A DNA stretch of 64,000 nucleotides from Octopus sinensis (Eukaryota), in NCBI RefSeq assembly GCF_006345805.1, contig NC_043011.1, positions 35,724,464 to 35,788,463 on the forward strand, written 5' to 3'. The position numbers were made by a program, and so were the translations under genes. The first letter of the stretch is position 1. The number at the start of each line of letters is the position of its first letter. This document shows, one piece after another, positions 37,498 to 51,365 of the stretch. The notes under the pieces were generated by a model that did no database searches, was not told the origin of the DNA, and worked only from the letters and a program-made list of their open reading frames with translations.

Positions 37498-37853
37498 TAC
37501 ACACACTCATATATATCAATGGGAAGACGATTTAGTTAAACGATTTAGACCGAGATGGATAAACATGGGGCTATCAAGAAAGGATTGGAAGCTTGGAAAT
37601 ACTTGGTGAACAGCAGTGTATAACAACACACAGCAGTCTAATCGATGCAGGTGATTTCATATATATATATACACACACACATACACACACACACATATAT
37701 ATATATATACACACACACACATATATACATATACATATATATATACACACACACATATATACACACACACACATATATATATACACACACACATACACAC
37801 ACATATATATATACACACACACATACACACACATATATATACACACACCACAT

Positions 37854-37913
<60 letters not shown>

Positions 37914-38024
37914 ATGTTTGATGTCACTTAAACATGGCTGTTCCGTAGAAACCGACGCTGCTGCTATTTTAAAATCCAGGAGGACGTCCCCTTCGGCTGG
38001 TTATTCGATGCAATCTGCACCCGT

Positions 38025-38064
<40 letters not shown>

Positions 38065-38893
38065 TTGCAAGCAGGGGAGTGACTCCCTACCATCTTCCAG
38101 CCACGAGACCAACAAACCGTACGGTTTCGACCTCGCTGTGGCCATCCTCGGTGGTGGATGCCGTCCGCTTGACATAGCAGTAGATCACTCCAGATCGCAA
38201 TATATAGAACACACAGGCACACACACACAATAAAGTACTATGAAATGATTTAACAGTCAATAGAGTACAATGTAGGTTTCCCCCTCAATGAATGTTGCAT
38301 ACACATGAAACTCTCTTGTATCCAAGGTACTGATGTTTTAGGTACCAGTACCGTTGCATGATTTGCTGTTAGAAAGTACAGAACTGGACCGGGAACACAT
38401 ACCACAAAGCATCTTACTTGACGCTCTTATAGTTTCGCTGATCTATTACCCTGAAATGTAAAATAGTACATCTCAAACGATGCGTACTGAATTTTTAGAA
38501 TTGTAATCCTTAGGCTTAAAAAAAAATTTACTAATATTTGAGTGCCTTGAAAGCGTGTATAATTTTGATCTACACAAGTATGATTAATGCGACAAATTAT
38601 ACATCAATTTACTTAAAGTTTGATTTAAGAAAATCATTCCATGAAAATATCCCAGTAGATATTTTTTTAAATTGTTATATGAATCGTATCAGAATTTATT
38701 TTCATTCGGTTTCCTATGCGTTACGAAGTTAAAAAAGAAAAAACTGAGAAGACCTGGCTTAGGTTTTTAACTTTCAGTTATATCATAGTTTTATTTTTAT
38801 ATTTTCAGATCGATAGAACTGATAACATTAGCATGCTAACGTCAAGAATTAAGAGTTATATCGTATATAGCATGTCCTGTTCATAGACCTTAC

Positions 38894-38969
38894 TTTCGTG
38901 TGATGTAGCACAGACTGTTTATCTTCAACAAGACTGAGGCTACACACAAAATAATTTACGTGCATTGTC
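38894..38969 (-). CDS. Candidate host exon (TMHVNYFVCSLSLVEDKQSVLHHTK)
   Basis: gctttctag acceptor, aaa|gtaagg donor, open frame. Confidence 0.3.
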
Positions 38970-41180
38970 CTAGAAAGCTATTGTCTGCTGCATGCAACAC
39001 TCAGAGATAGGGACGGGAAATGTAGTAATCTTTATAACAAACATATGAGAATATTAATGGCTTTAGAAAGAAGGGTCAGTTATTTTGCAACCGTCTCAGT
39101 AAATGAATAATATTAGACAAACAAAAAATAATAAGAAACCAAATGAATTTGTATTTGACCATAACAAGTGACTCTAATGCATTTGGACGAAAAAACCATT
39201 TACCTGGGTTTTATACGTCTGTAAGTTTATAATAACTTATCTTGTTACTAAAACTTTATTCGTCGTACACAAACTGCAGTTCCGTTGCAGTTCGAAAAAA
39301 AATAGATTCTGTTATTTTTTTTCTTTTAGTTCTAATCTAGCTTTACCTCCTTTTCATTCTGATGGAAAAAAATAACAAAGAAATTTAGAAACATGCATTA
39401 AACCATTTCAACATCAGACCTAAACTCTATACATTTTATTGGCTAGTTGAAAGAAAGAAATATATTTAAGAGAATCTAAGATCGAAACTGGAATAAAGTG
39501 TCAATGTATATATGTGATAGGAGGTTCTAAAAATGGTAAATTGAAACGACCCATTTCTCTTTTTTCTTTTTTTGCCTGCGTTGTGTTTATTGGCAGAAAA
39601 TGTCAGTGATAATGGTTACTTTGGAATGTTTGGAGATACGAAATGGCTATAATGATTTAGTTTTATGGGCAAAGTTCACATTAATAAATGCTTCGAAGGT
39701 CCATTTCTGGGCGAAAACTCTTTATAGTGAAAGTTTTAAATTTAGCACAACTAAAAGAAAAAGAAAAACAATAAAAAGTAAAATAAAACTTAAGAGAGTT
39801 AAATAAAGTTGTTCTTTTTTTGTGTGTGGAGAATACTCGTAAGCTTTAGGTAGCCATGTTATGTTTAAAATACGGTAAAAATGAAAGTATATAAATTCGA
39901 AAATAATTCAACCAGATCAGGTAAAATGGATTTTATTTTCTGAATGTAAGCGAACGCAATTAGCACGAAGTCATTTAATAACAGTTTAGAACTACCAAGA
40001 GAAATTCTTCATCTGTACACATCAGTAATTGACTAGATAGGTCACATTTTGATAGCTTATAAGTAGATGATATGGCAATATTGAATAGAGTATTTACTGA
40101 AAAACAGATTTATATCAGAATCTTCAGTATCGAAGTCAAATAGTCAACCTTAGTAAATGAAATTATCCAAAAACAAAAGAAAATACAAAAACAAAACACC
40201 AACAAAACAATAGACTGTCTTCTTATCTCTTTCAAAGATAGCACTTTGTTTTCTTAATAGGAAATCATACAAAAGTAAAAACGAAAACAATAAAAGTATG
40301 ATAATCATAGTCTTGTATTTTAAAAAGATTATAGTTTCCTCAACATAAAACGTCTATACCCATAAATAACTATTGTTTATCGCACAGATTAATCAGTATT
40401 TAAATGCTACACAAAACAGTTTATTAATTGTTCCCACAATGAAAGAAAAAAAATTATGTGGCCAGCACTGGTCATGTGGTTTTTTTGTTGATAATCAGAT
40501 GCAGGAAAACTGTCTTCGTGTAGGATACTGGTCTATTTAAGGGTTCGTTTTCAAATAATAGAAACTCAAAATTGGCACAAGTGAAGGGAATTGTTAATTT
40601 CGAAATTAATGGTGGTGAGTTGTTCCATCTTCAGAACCAATTTCAAACTAACTGAACTATGTTAATTAAGTTACTTAATCATTACAAAAACAAAAAAAAA
40701 AGAAAGAAAAACGAGCTGGCAGATTCATTAGCGAATCGGAAATAGTACTTCGCCACAGTTTTCCAGCTCGCTACATTCTGAGTTCAAATTTCGCTGAGGT
40801 TAAAGTTTGCTATTCATTGTACTGGAATCGATAAAATAAAATCCCAGTCTAGTGTTGGAGTCGATGGTAGAGACTAACACACACCTCTCAAAATTGTTGG
40901 CTTTGTGCATAACTAAAAAAAAAAGGCCTTTGACAAAATGCAACACATGTGACAGCTTGCAAACCGCCAACCTTTTGGCTGGTTAGCAAATCAGATCGGC
41001 CATATGTGCTCTAATATTTAACAGACATTATTTTTCGGTGAAATGGCTGAGGAGATCATAACGCATAACCTTTACTTTAAATATTCTTTGTGATCATACA
41101 TACAAAAAATATCGTTGATGAAATCTGTTTTTGACTGGTTACTCTGCTTTAATGGGCTGTGTATGTATGTGTATACATGG

Positions 41181-41230
<50 letters not shown>

Positions 41231-41397
41231 AATATATGCCTAAACACACGCACACATATACACTTATATAAGCTAGAGATTTTGCTTTTCTAGAGAGTAT
41301 TCAGGCGTTATGCTTATTGTTGTATATACATCTATAAATCTTCATGACATCCTAAAAATCTACCATTCGAAAATACCCAGCATAGCTCGCTATTTAC

Positions 41398-41487
41398 CTC
41401 TAATCTTCCACACTGTGACATTCATCACAGGAAAGAGAACTACATCAAATTGCACAGTATGTACAATTTGTCATTCTTCAAAGCGAA
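41398..41487 (-). pseudogene. Candidate phase 1-1 exon with one TGA (RFEE*QIVHTVQFDVVLFPVMNVTVWKIR)
   Basis: ttttctatgtag acceptor, gag|gtaaat donor, 90 nt. Confidence 0.35.
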
Positions 41488-41899
41488 CTACATAGAAAAT
41501 ATTCTATAGCAGAAGTTATCGACCATCAACTATTATCGTATATATCAGCATCTGATTACTCTATCACTTTATAATATGTAACAATTCCGAAGCAAGGCTG
41601 TGCAAAATATCCAACAGATGTTCCTGTGTCACTCATTAATTATATATATATTCCTACTTACTTTCATAAAGACACACGCATATTTTGTGTGTGTATGTGT
41701 ATTTATTGCTTATATATTAGATATTATATGTCTACGTGTAACACACACACATAGACGAACAAATATATATAAATATACTCAGATATATGCATAATACATA
41801 CATACATATATATTTATATATGTATGTATACATATATACATACATACACGTGCGAGTATATATATATATATATATAATATATATACATATATGTATATT

Positions 41900-41937
<38 letters not shown>

Positions 41938-42625
41938 GTATGTATGTATACCCGCACGTGCTCACGCACTCATACACATGTATTACTTCTGTGTTAATAG
42001 TTTTGTTTCAATGCTATATATCTAACGATTTTAACCAACACTAAGTGTAAACACCTCGTCTTCTATGCTAAAGATATTTCATATATCATACATGATATAC
42101 GTATATACATATGCATATATATTTATGCATATATGTAGAATATATATATGTATGTGTGTGTGTTTATGCATATAATACGTATATACGTATTATATGCATA
42201 AACACATACACACATTTATATGTATATACACATATATATATATACATATGTTATATATATATGTTTGTAAGAAGAATATATCCATATATTCTACTTTCAT
42301 ACATACATATTTCATTTATTAAAAAACACGACTATATTCCAGTTTGACTTTTTTATGGAAGCTTTGTTTTTCATATTCCTGTATGAGAAGTTTTGCTGTT
42401 TGGTTGAAGCAATAAAGTTCGATGTTCCACACCCAATGCCTCCACCATTTCACAGTGTTATTTTCAGGATATGAATACAGGTTTGTTTCTGTATTGCTTC
42501 TTGAGTAAAGGTTAAATCATTATAGTTCTAATTGTTATGTCATAACATATATTGGAAACTGTGTCAGTGATTCACAAACATTGGTCGTACTTGCAAATCG
42601 AAAACCATTAATAATTTGCTCTGAT

Positions 42626-42838
42626 AAGGTCGCGAGTTGGTCGAATCGTTAGCACTCCGGGCGAAATGCTTAGCGGCATTTCGTCCGTGTTCATATTCTG
42701 AGTTCAAATCTCGCCGCGGTCGACTTTGCCTATCATTCTTTCGAGGATCGATAAAATAAATACCAGTTGAGTACTGGGACCGATGTAACTGACTTAACAC
42801 CTTCTCCGAAATTGCTGGCCTTGTGCGAAAATTCGAAA
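42626..42838 (+). mobile_element. SINE family C monomer
   Basis: TSD aataatttgctctga. Confidence 0.85.
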
Positions 42839-43279
42839 TCAATAATTTGCTCTGACGAATTTACATCAAATATCTCATTCACAAAACTCTCATTCGCTTT
42901 AATTTTATCAGACAAATAAATATCAATTAAATCCGAGAGAAAAAAAAATACGCAGTTCGGTTTCTAAAATTGATCTACCATTAAAGATTTTATTCGAGAT
43001 GAATCATTTTGTAAATTCCAATTGATCTGAATTCCATCGAAACGATTTTCAAGCAAAACTAAACAAAGGATAAAATATACGGTGACGGTTTCAAATTTCA
43101 TGTTGCATTTTGGATTCAACATCTATAAAGTGAAAACGTGAAAAATTTCATAGAGATAACTTATGCTTAATACTAAAAATAAAAAAAGGAAAAAGAAAAA
43201 AAAAAACACAAGTGAATTCTTGAGCAGCTGCAAGACGCTTTTTCGGAGATAGAGCAGTATTTGCAGTATCTCTTTTAGG

Positions 43280-43690
43280 CTTTTACTTGTTTCAGTCATT
43301 TGATGTAGCCATGCTGAAGCACCGCCTTCAGTCGAACTTTGTAAGCCTAGTACTTATTTTATCGGTCTCTTTTGCCGAACCGCTAGATTACGGGGACGTA
43401 AACACACCAGCATCAGTTTGCAAGTGACGTTGGAGAGGGGACAAACACAGACACACAAATACATACATATATACATACATAATGCGTACACACACACACG
43501 CACATGTATATATATATATATATATATGATGGGTTTCTTTCATTTTCCGTCTACCAAATCCACTCACAAGGCTTTAATCGGTCCGAGGCTATAGTAGAAG
43601 GCACTTGCAGAAGGTGCCACGCAGTGGGACTGAACCCGGAACCATGTGGTTGGGAAGCAAGCTACTTACCACAAAGCCATTCCTGCACCT
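43280..43690 (-). mobile_element. SINE family A
   Basis: Full head-to-tail match. Confidence 0.85.
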
Positions 43691-43699
43691 ACGAGTAAA

Positions 43700-44338
43700 A
43701 ATTTTGGCACAAAGCCAGCAATTTCGAGAGAGGAGCAAATCGATTCGATCGACCCCAGTGCTTAACTAGGTCTTATTTTATCGACCCCGAAAGAATGAAG
43801 GGAAAATTCGACCACCACGGAATTTGAACTCAGAACTTAAAGACGGGCGAAATGTCGCAAAGCATTTTTCTCGTCGTGCTGAGTATTATACCAGCTCGCC
43901 ACTTTTGCTTAGGTCGCAGATTAATACATACAATTCTTTCTTTTTTACTCTAGGCACAAGGCCCGAAATTTTGGGGGAGGGAACCGATCGATTAAATCGA
44001 TCCCAGTACGTAACTGGTACTTAATTTATCGACCCTGAAAGGATGAAAGGCAAAGTCGTCCTCAGCAGAATTTGAACTAACAACGTAACGATAGACGAAA
44101 TGCCTATTTCTTTACTACCCACAGGAGGCTAAACACAGAGAGGACAAGCAAGGACAGACAAACGGATTAAGTCGATTATATCGGCCCCAGTGCATAACTG
44201 GTACTTATTTAATCGACCCCGAAAGGTTGAAAGGCAAAGTCAACCTCGGCGGAATTTGATCTCAGAGCGTAACGGCAGCCGAAATACCGCTAAGCATTTC
44301 GCCCGGCGTGCTGACGTTTCTGCCAGCTCGCCGCCTTA
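43700..44338 (-). mobile_element. SINE family C monomer plus dimer
   Basis: Dimer 43942-44338 flanked by tacaattctttct. Confidence 0.85.
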
Positions 44339-44699
44339 TGTACAATTCTTTCTACACGATAATTATGCTATCAGTAGCTCATTTCAAGTTTGAAGAAATA
44401 TCTAATTTCCCAAATTATTATTGCAAGACAAAATTAACAAAAAATTGTGTATCATAACAATAATAAAATAAGTTGGATGAAATAGAACTATATCTTAAAA
44501 TACTTAAACGTAAATTATCAAAATTTGACAAAGATATAAGATTTATTGGAAATATTTCAGAAGATCATGAACTATTCCTTAACCCTAAACCACAGTACGA
44601 AAGAATATTTAGATTAGGAGGACATTCCATGAGAAACACCATCTCTTTTATGACACTAGTACAATTCTGTTAATTAGAGACGACTTCTGAAGCTTGGAA

Positions 44700-44766
44700 A
44701 TATACACATATATATATATATAGTATGTATATATATAATATGTATGTATATATATATATATGTATG

Positions 44767-44840
<74 letters not shown>

Positions 44841-44898
44841 AATATATATATATATATATGTATGTATATATAATATGTATGTATATATAATATGTATG

Positions 44899-44930
<32 letters not shown>

Positions 44931-45180
44931 GTATGTATATATATATTATGTATGTATATATATATATGTATGTATATATATATATATATATGTATGTATA
45001 TATATATATATGTGTGTATTTATATATGTGTATATATGTGTGTGTGTATGTGTGTGTTTATATATATGTGTATATATATATGCATATATGTATATGTATG
45101 AATGCATACATGTGTGTATATATATGTGTGGGTGTGTATGTATGTGTGGTCATGTGTCTATGTATGTGTCTGTATATACT
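44700..45180. repeat. (TA)n/(TG)n microsatellite
   Basis: Directly visible. Confidence 0.95.
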
Positions 45181-46027
45181 TCAATATTTAATCAATAATC
45201 TATTACATATCACTTATGAAACCGTTTAACTGAATGAAGAAGGAACGCCTCGAGGAGCATATTATTGAATGAGATTATCAATACGTGTCAATAGATTTTA
45301 TGTAGCTTTTCCTACTATGAAGACTTTAACAGAAAGAAACGAGAAATGGGAAGTGTCAAATGCACTGACGGTTAGACTTGCAATCAAAGGTTCGACGATA
45401 AACGACATAATGGAGTAAAGTAATGGAAAACCCTGTTGGCAACAGCTTTTTGCTGTTTTACTGAACTGTAAGTCTGTCGACCTGTGAACAGACACAGCAG
45501 TATATCTTGCACTACTAGAATATTGTTAATATGATACGTTAAAAGTGGTATAAGCATCTATAAGTAACTAATTATTAGTTAAGTATATTTTATGATAGAC
45601 ATCTCAAAATTGGTTTACCGTGGGAAAGAGGAAAAGCCGGACTTTTAAAGAAACGCACTTTAACAGTGCGATAAGTTTTTGAGGAACAATCAAGTAAAAG
45701 AAAAAAACTTTTCATGACAAAAGGTTCTGACCGAAGCGTCAAGATTGTTTTCGTTCCTCATTTGAAACCGATAATATTTTCCACTTTTGAGCTGCTCGCC
45801 GATACAGAGCAACAATAGATATTTTCGTATCTTATAAGTTTGCTTCGTTATATCTTAAAATACGAGGAGCACGTATATGAAATTACTTGACTGGGGGCCA
45901 TAGAGTATTTTGAATGTTAGTCCTAACTGTAACCTGTAACGCTAATAAATTGGATAGAATTCACAAATAAAACACTGATACGCACTACGAAAGTGTTTAA
46001 TATTTCTTCCTTTCTTTCTTTTCTTTT

Positions 46028-46424
46028 CTTTTACTTGTTTCAGTCATTTGACTGCGGCCATGCTAGAGCACCGCCTTTAGTCGAGCGAAACGACCCCGGG
46101 ACTTATTCTTTGTAAGCCCAGTACTTATTCTATCGGTCTCTTTTTGCCGAACGGCTAAGTGACGGGGACGTAAGCACGCCAGCATCGGTTGTCAAGCAAT
46201 GCTAGGGGGACAAACACAGACACACAAACACATACACACACATACATATATATATATACATATATACGACAGGCTTCTTTCAGTTTCCGTCTACCAAATC
46301 CACTCACAAGGCATTGGTCGGCCCGGGGCTATAGCAGAAGACGCTTGCCCAAGATGCCACGCCGTGAGACTGAACCCGGAACCATGTGGTTGGTTAGCAA
46401 GCTACTTACCACACAGCCACTCCT
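46028..46424 (-). mobile_element. SINE family A
   Basis: Full head-to-tail match. Confidence 0.85.
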
Positions 46425-47911
46425 GAATATGTGATGTCTAGAAATATTTATGCCAAATCAATTCAATTCTTTTAATAGCCTAAGTCAAAGACAGGCAAGG
46501 AGCACTTTTTTATGCCACCTTAAGATGACGTATAAGCCTGGTTGGAAAAAGATCTAAGAAGAAACCAAAATTTATGTGTTACTGAAGTAAAAAAAACTGC
46601 ACCAAAAATATCGAGTTGTTCTCAAATCAGAGACCTTGATTCAAATGCTTGCAAGGATTAAATGGTAGTGTGACACCAAGGGATGTATTATGTGCACCAC
46701 CCAACAACAATCTCGATATGCTACTGTATATTTTCCGGCTATGAGTTTCTTAAAGATTTTGGTCGCTCCAAGGATATGACAGAAGATGCTTGCTCAAGGT
46801 TCCACATTAAATTCCAGCTCAGAGTCATGAATTTTTAAAGCATGCAGGAATACCTATATCAATACCTTCTGATCATAGGTCTGTTTGGTTAGAAATGTCC
46901 TTGGGCTAAATAAAAAAACAATATGCAGGAATACCTATATCAATCTAATTTTCATGCTTCTTTTATTCTTAATTCTTATTTGCATTTTTCTATCAGGTCA
47001 TATTAAAAAAAATCGAACCAAAAATTTTTCACAACAGAATATAGAAATCAATGTAATTTGATGGTTCGCAGATTATCAATATATTATTAGTATTATCATT
47101 GTTATAATTATCATTATCATGTTTTACATTAGGATTTGTTATGGGATCAAGCCAGATATAAACAAATACCATGCTAAAGTTTCATAACTGAACTCAAGAT
47201 CTCGGCGAAAATATTCAGATTGTTCTTCGTCGTTTTTGCCAAAAGTTTCTCAATAAGCAACCAAGACGCGAAGTTGTTTGGAAACTTCCGTCCAACCAAT
47301 TGTTTCATAACCTGGTGCTCTATCCAATGTAATTTACAAGCGTTTGAATGTTTAACGTGCTGCCCTTTGTGTAGTATATCAATCTGCCAGAAATAACTGA
47401 TAAATCTCCCTCAAATTTCATCATTGCGATTAAGATAATTCACGATAGATTATATAGTCCTGAGTGTTATCATTCTGAGAAAATGAAAGGATGGTATGGG
47501 CTGGAATGCTTCTGATCATAGGTCTGCTTGGTTAGATATGTCCTGGGGTTAAATAACAAACCAACAAATGACGAGAGAAATAGGAGTGAGATTGCAAAGC
47601 CAATGTGCTTTCGCTTTCCAAAAAAGAACTGTAAAAACGCTTTTAGTTCTTAGCGTATTACGTTCCTAGGAAACCATTTCTGCTCTGTATTAAAGTACAT
47701 ACGACGCCAACCATCTCTGTTCATACACACACGCAGACACACACACACACACACACGAACATGTGTATATGTATATTTACAGATAGTGTTATGTGCACAT
47801 ATATATGTCCACATATATAACATATATATATATACATTATATATATAATATACACACAAATTTTATATATATTATATATATGTATATATATATTATATAT
47901 ATATTATGTAT

Positions 47912-47951
<40 letters not shown>

Positions 47952-48824
47952 TATACACACACACATATATATATATATATACATACAGAGAGCGAGAGAG
48001 AGAGAGAGAAAGTGAGACAGAGCGAGCGAGGGAGAGAGAGCGATACATTATCTGATAGAAGGTTAAATAAGGCAACATTAAGGTTCCCGATTAAGTTTTA
48101 TTGCATTTAAACGAGGACCAACTAAACGATCGTGGTCGTAATAATTTAACCTTTTATAGGCGGGAGGTATCTGCATTCATATGTCTCTGAGGGCCGCACA
48201 GAATGTGATGAGGTATAAAAAGATGCGAGCGAACTATTATACAGCAACACCGCTTTTATGGATCTCTTTGAAGAATTAATAGCATACGATCTCCAAGCTT
48301 CTATTTTGGATGATGTTTCAATTAGTTTAATTTGTTCAATTGAGCCTGGAATAAGTTTTGCAGGAAATAAATGTATTCTCATTGCTAAAGTAACCCATTA
48401 AATCTTTCTCTTAAAGTAGCATAAATTACTCTTCCAACGTGCTTCACCAAACCGCAAACATAATAGCCATCCTGAAGACATTTATTATAAATATTACACA
48501 ATATTACTTAATAATCCTATAAGTAGCAACCATAAACATATTATATGTAATTTAAACAAATAAAATATTGTAAATATATATTATGACAATTTAAAATCCG
48601 GGAATTATATATACACGCTCGGAATTACAAAATATTATTTAATATAATTTTGTTATAAATTGAGGCAGACCTGTGTAATTTGAGAAATTTTCATTTATGT
48701 TTGTTACTTCAGGTATTAAAGCAATTAGCTTGACACACGCTACAAACCATATACACAGTCATAAAAAGGAAAAAAAATGTTGAACTTGAAGAGATGCAGA
48801 TGTGCATATTTATGTAAAAGCATG

Positions 48825-48863
<39 letters not shown>

Positions 48864-48947
48864 GTCTGTCTGTCTGTCTGTCTGTCTGCCTGCCTGCCTG
48901 CCTGTCTGTCTGTCTGTCTAGCTAGATATTCATGTATCTCTCTTTCC

Positions 48948-48988
<41 letters not shown>

Positions 48989-49087
48989 AATTTATCTATA
49001 TATCTATCTATCTAGCTAGCTAGCTAGATAGATAATAATGTATCTCTCCCTCTCCCTCTTTCTTTCCCTATCTATCTGTCTGTCTAT

Positions 49088-49166
<79 letters not shown>
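48825..49166. repeat. (TATC)n microsatellite, left flank of the LINE
   Basis: Directly visible; resumes at 55228. Confidence 0.95.
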
Positions 49167-49387
49167 ACGACATGGACGAACGCTAGTCAAATGGGCTCCA
49201 CGTAAGTTGGCCACTTTTACATGTTTAAAACTCCTTGTTGTCAAATATTTTATTTTAATCGTTGTGCAAGTTCATTCACTAAAAAACCTGAGAATTATTC
49301 ACGTAGAATTCCGCCCCTGTATGGGCGAAATTACCAAAAACTTTCAAAACTTTCGTGGGTTCCTTTTAGCTATTTTTCACTTTGAAA

Positions 49388-51321
49388 ATGGCAACTAGAA
49401 ACCACATGGCTAGCCCGCCAGTCATGCGGAACGGTAGCGAAACACTACTGCTACCACTAGCTGCTAAACCTCGCAGCTTGAACACCGCTGTCACCACCAC
49501 CACCAACAACAACAACAACAAAACTAACGTCGCAAGACCATTCACCATCGCTGCGACCAAAGACATTAACTTAGATTTCCCCCCACTCCCTACACCACTT
49601 GTCGATGATAAAAGGACAGAGAAAGGGATTTCAAAAACGAATACAGACGAAAGCATGAATGCCAGCACCACCACCATCACTACCAACAACAGCAACAACG
49701 AAATCAGCACAAAACCGCCTACCAAAGACAACACCGCCTACACCAACACCACTACCACGACTTCAACTGCTACAACTAACCCTGCTGCTGCTAACACCGC
49801 CAAAATTAAAACGAATTTCGCGGATGCGACAAAACAAAAACGAACAATCGTAAAATTCACCACACTGGAAATAAACCTCACAAAAGCACTATTCACCAAA
49901 GAAGGAGATAAATTGCATCTTCACATTCCACAACACATCGTGAAAAACACACACAAAAAAACAATAATCTACAAAGTCATCAACAAGAAAACAAAACGAC
50001 CAGAAAATGCACCGCAGGAAAAAATTGGAAAATGCCTTCGTCCTGCATAGGACTCTAAAGAGTATATCAGTTGGGGAAATAAATTTGGTACAGTCCAAGT
50101 ACGTTTCCTCAACAAAAATTTAGCAAAACGATTCTCCACATTGGAGCTGCATTCAGACGACTTGGTAATGATACCAATCTATTTAAACCAGAGAGTGACG
50201 AAAGTCCAAATAAAGAATGTACCACCTGATGTCGAAATACAATGGTAAGTCTCTGCCATCTGCTTTGAAATGGCAGAGACAATGGCAGAGACAAACATCC
50301 TTGAAATCGCTGTTCTAGGACAAAAAGACTGGGTGGAAAAATCAATCCAATTCCTGCTCCAAATGGATGAAACAACAAGAGATAAAATACCCACCACTAT
50401 AGAACTGCCAGGAGGCTATAAACTTCATGTAGTTGTAGAGGGCAGGCGACCACGTTGCTATTTGTGTGGAAGCAAAACACACTTGAAAAAGACGTGCCCA
50501 ACCACTCCACACCAAGAGCAACAACAACAACCACTACCACAACCAAAACACTCCGAAAAAAAAGCTCTACTACCCACACCGCCATCAACACAGAAGACGA
50601 CAAGAGAAGCACACCAAGCTAAGCCATCAACAACCAAAAATTACTCAACACCTGAGAAAATACCAACACCACCAAGAACCAAAGGAACAGAAAAACAAAG
50701 AAAATATACAAAAACTGATTCCCCATCCCTTATACCGCACTCACCACACACAAACACTCAACAACCAACAGCAACGAAAATAACAGCACAACCACCTACA
50801 CAGACATACATAGAAGCCTACAACATACCCCTACCCCCTACTGATTCCTCAGAAAATTCGTCGGAAGACGAAACCAGTGAGGAATGGCAAATAGCTAGAA
50901 AAAGAAGGAAAATAAAGAGCAGAAACACAACCAAACCAAATGTAAACACAAACAAAGCAGGGGGAATACATCTCCCGAAGACACTTCAAAACCCAACACA
51001 AACAACAGCCACACCAACACCACAAAAATATATACAGCAAATATGCTCACAGCTATAGACACCAAAAACACAAATTTGATGGAATACATCAAATCAAAAA
51101 CAAACATAACAGAAGATGACATAAAAACAAACAATCACCCATACACAACACCACCAGACCACATCAAAATATTACACATCTCCAAAAGTCTGCACCACAC
51201 ACTCAAAGGCATTTTCCCCAGTGCGGTTGGTAAATGCCAAAAATATCTAACAAAGAAACTTTACTGGGATCTCCTCGAGGACAAACCAAAGGAGGATAAA
51301 GAAAAAACTTTCGAGCAGTAA
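49388..51321 (+). pseudogene. LINE ORF1 (gag-like, CCHC knuckle), disrupted
   Basis: CYLCGSKTHLKKTC; RRM-like VQVRFLNKNLAK...IPIYLNQRVTKVQIKNVPP; frameshifts and stops. Confidence 0.85.
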
Positions 51322-51365
51322 GTAACCCTCTGTTTCTTTTACTTGTATTCTAATTCATTAGGAGT

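Noticed and set aside
39597-39650. Plus-strand terminal exon NVSDNGYFGMFGDTKWL*
   Set aside because: Good acceptor but no partner exons or homology; too short to support
45298-45495. Exon on either strand
   Set aside because: Splice-like sites on both strands but no frame that is open between a matched pair
45721-45776. CTGACCGA...GAAA ccga TA motif
   Set aside because: Core has an insertion and stems are unconvincing
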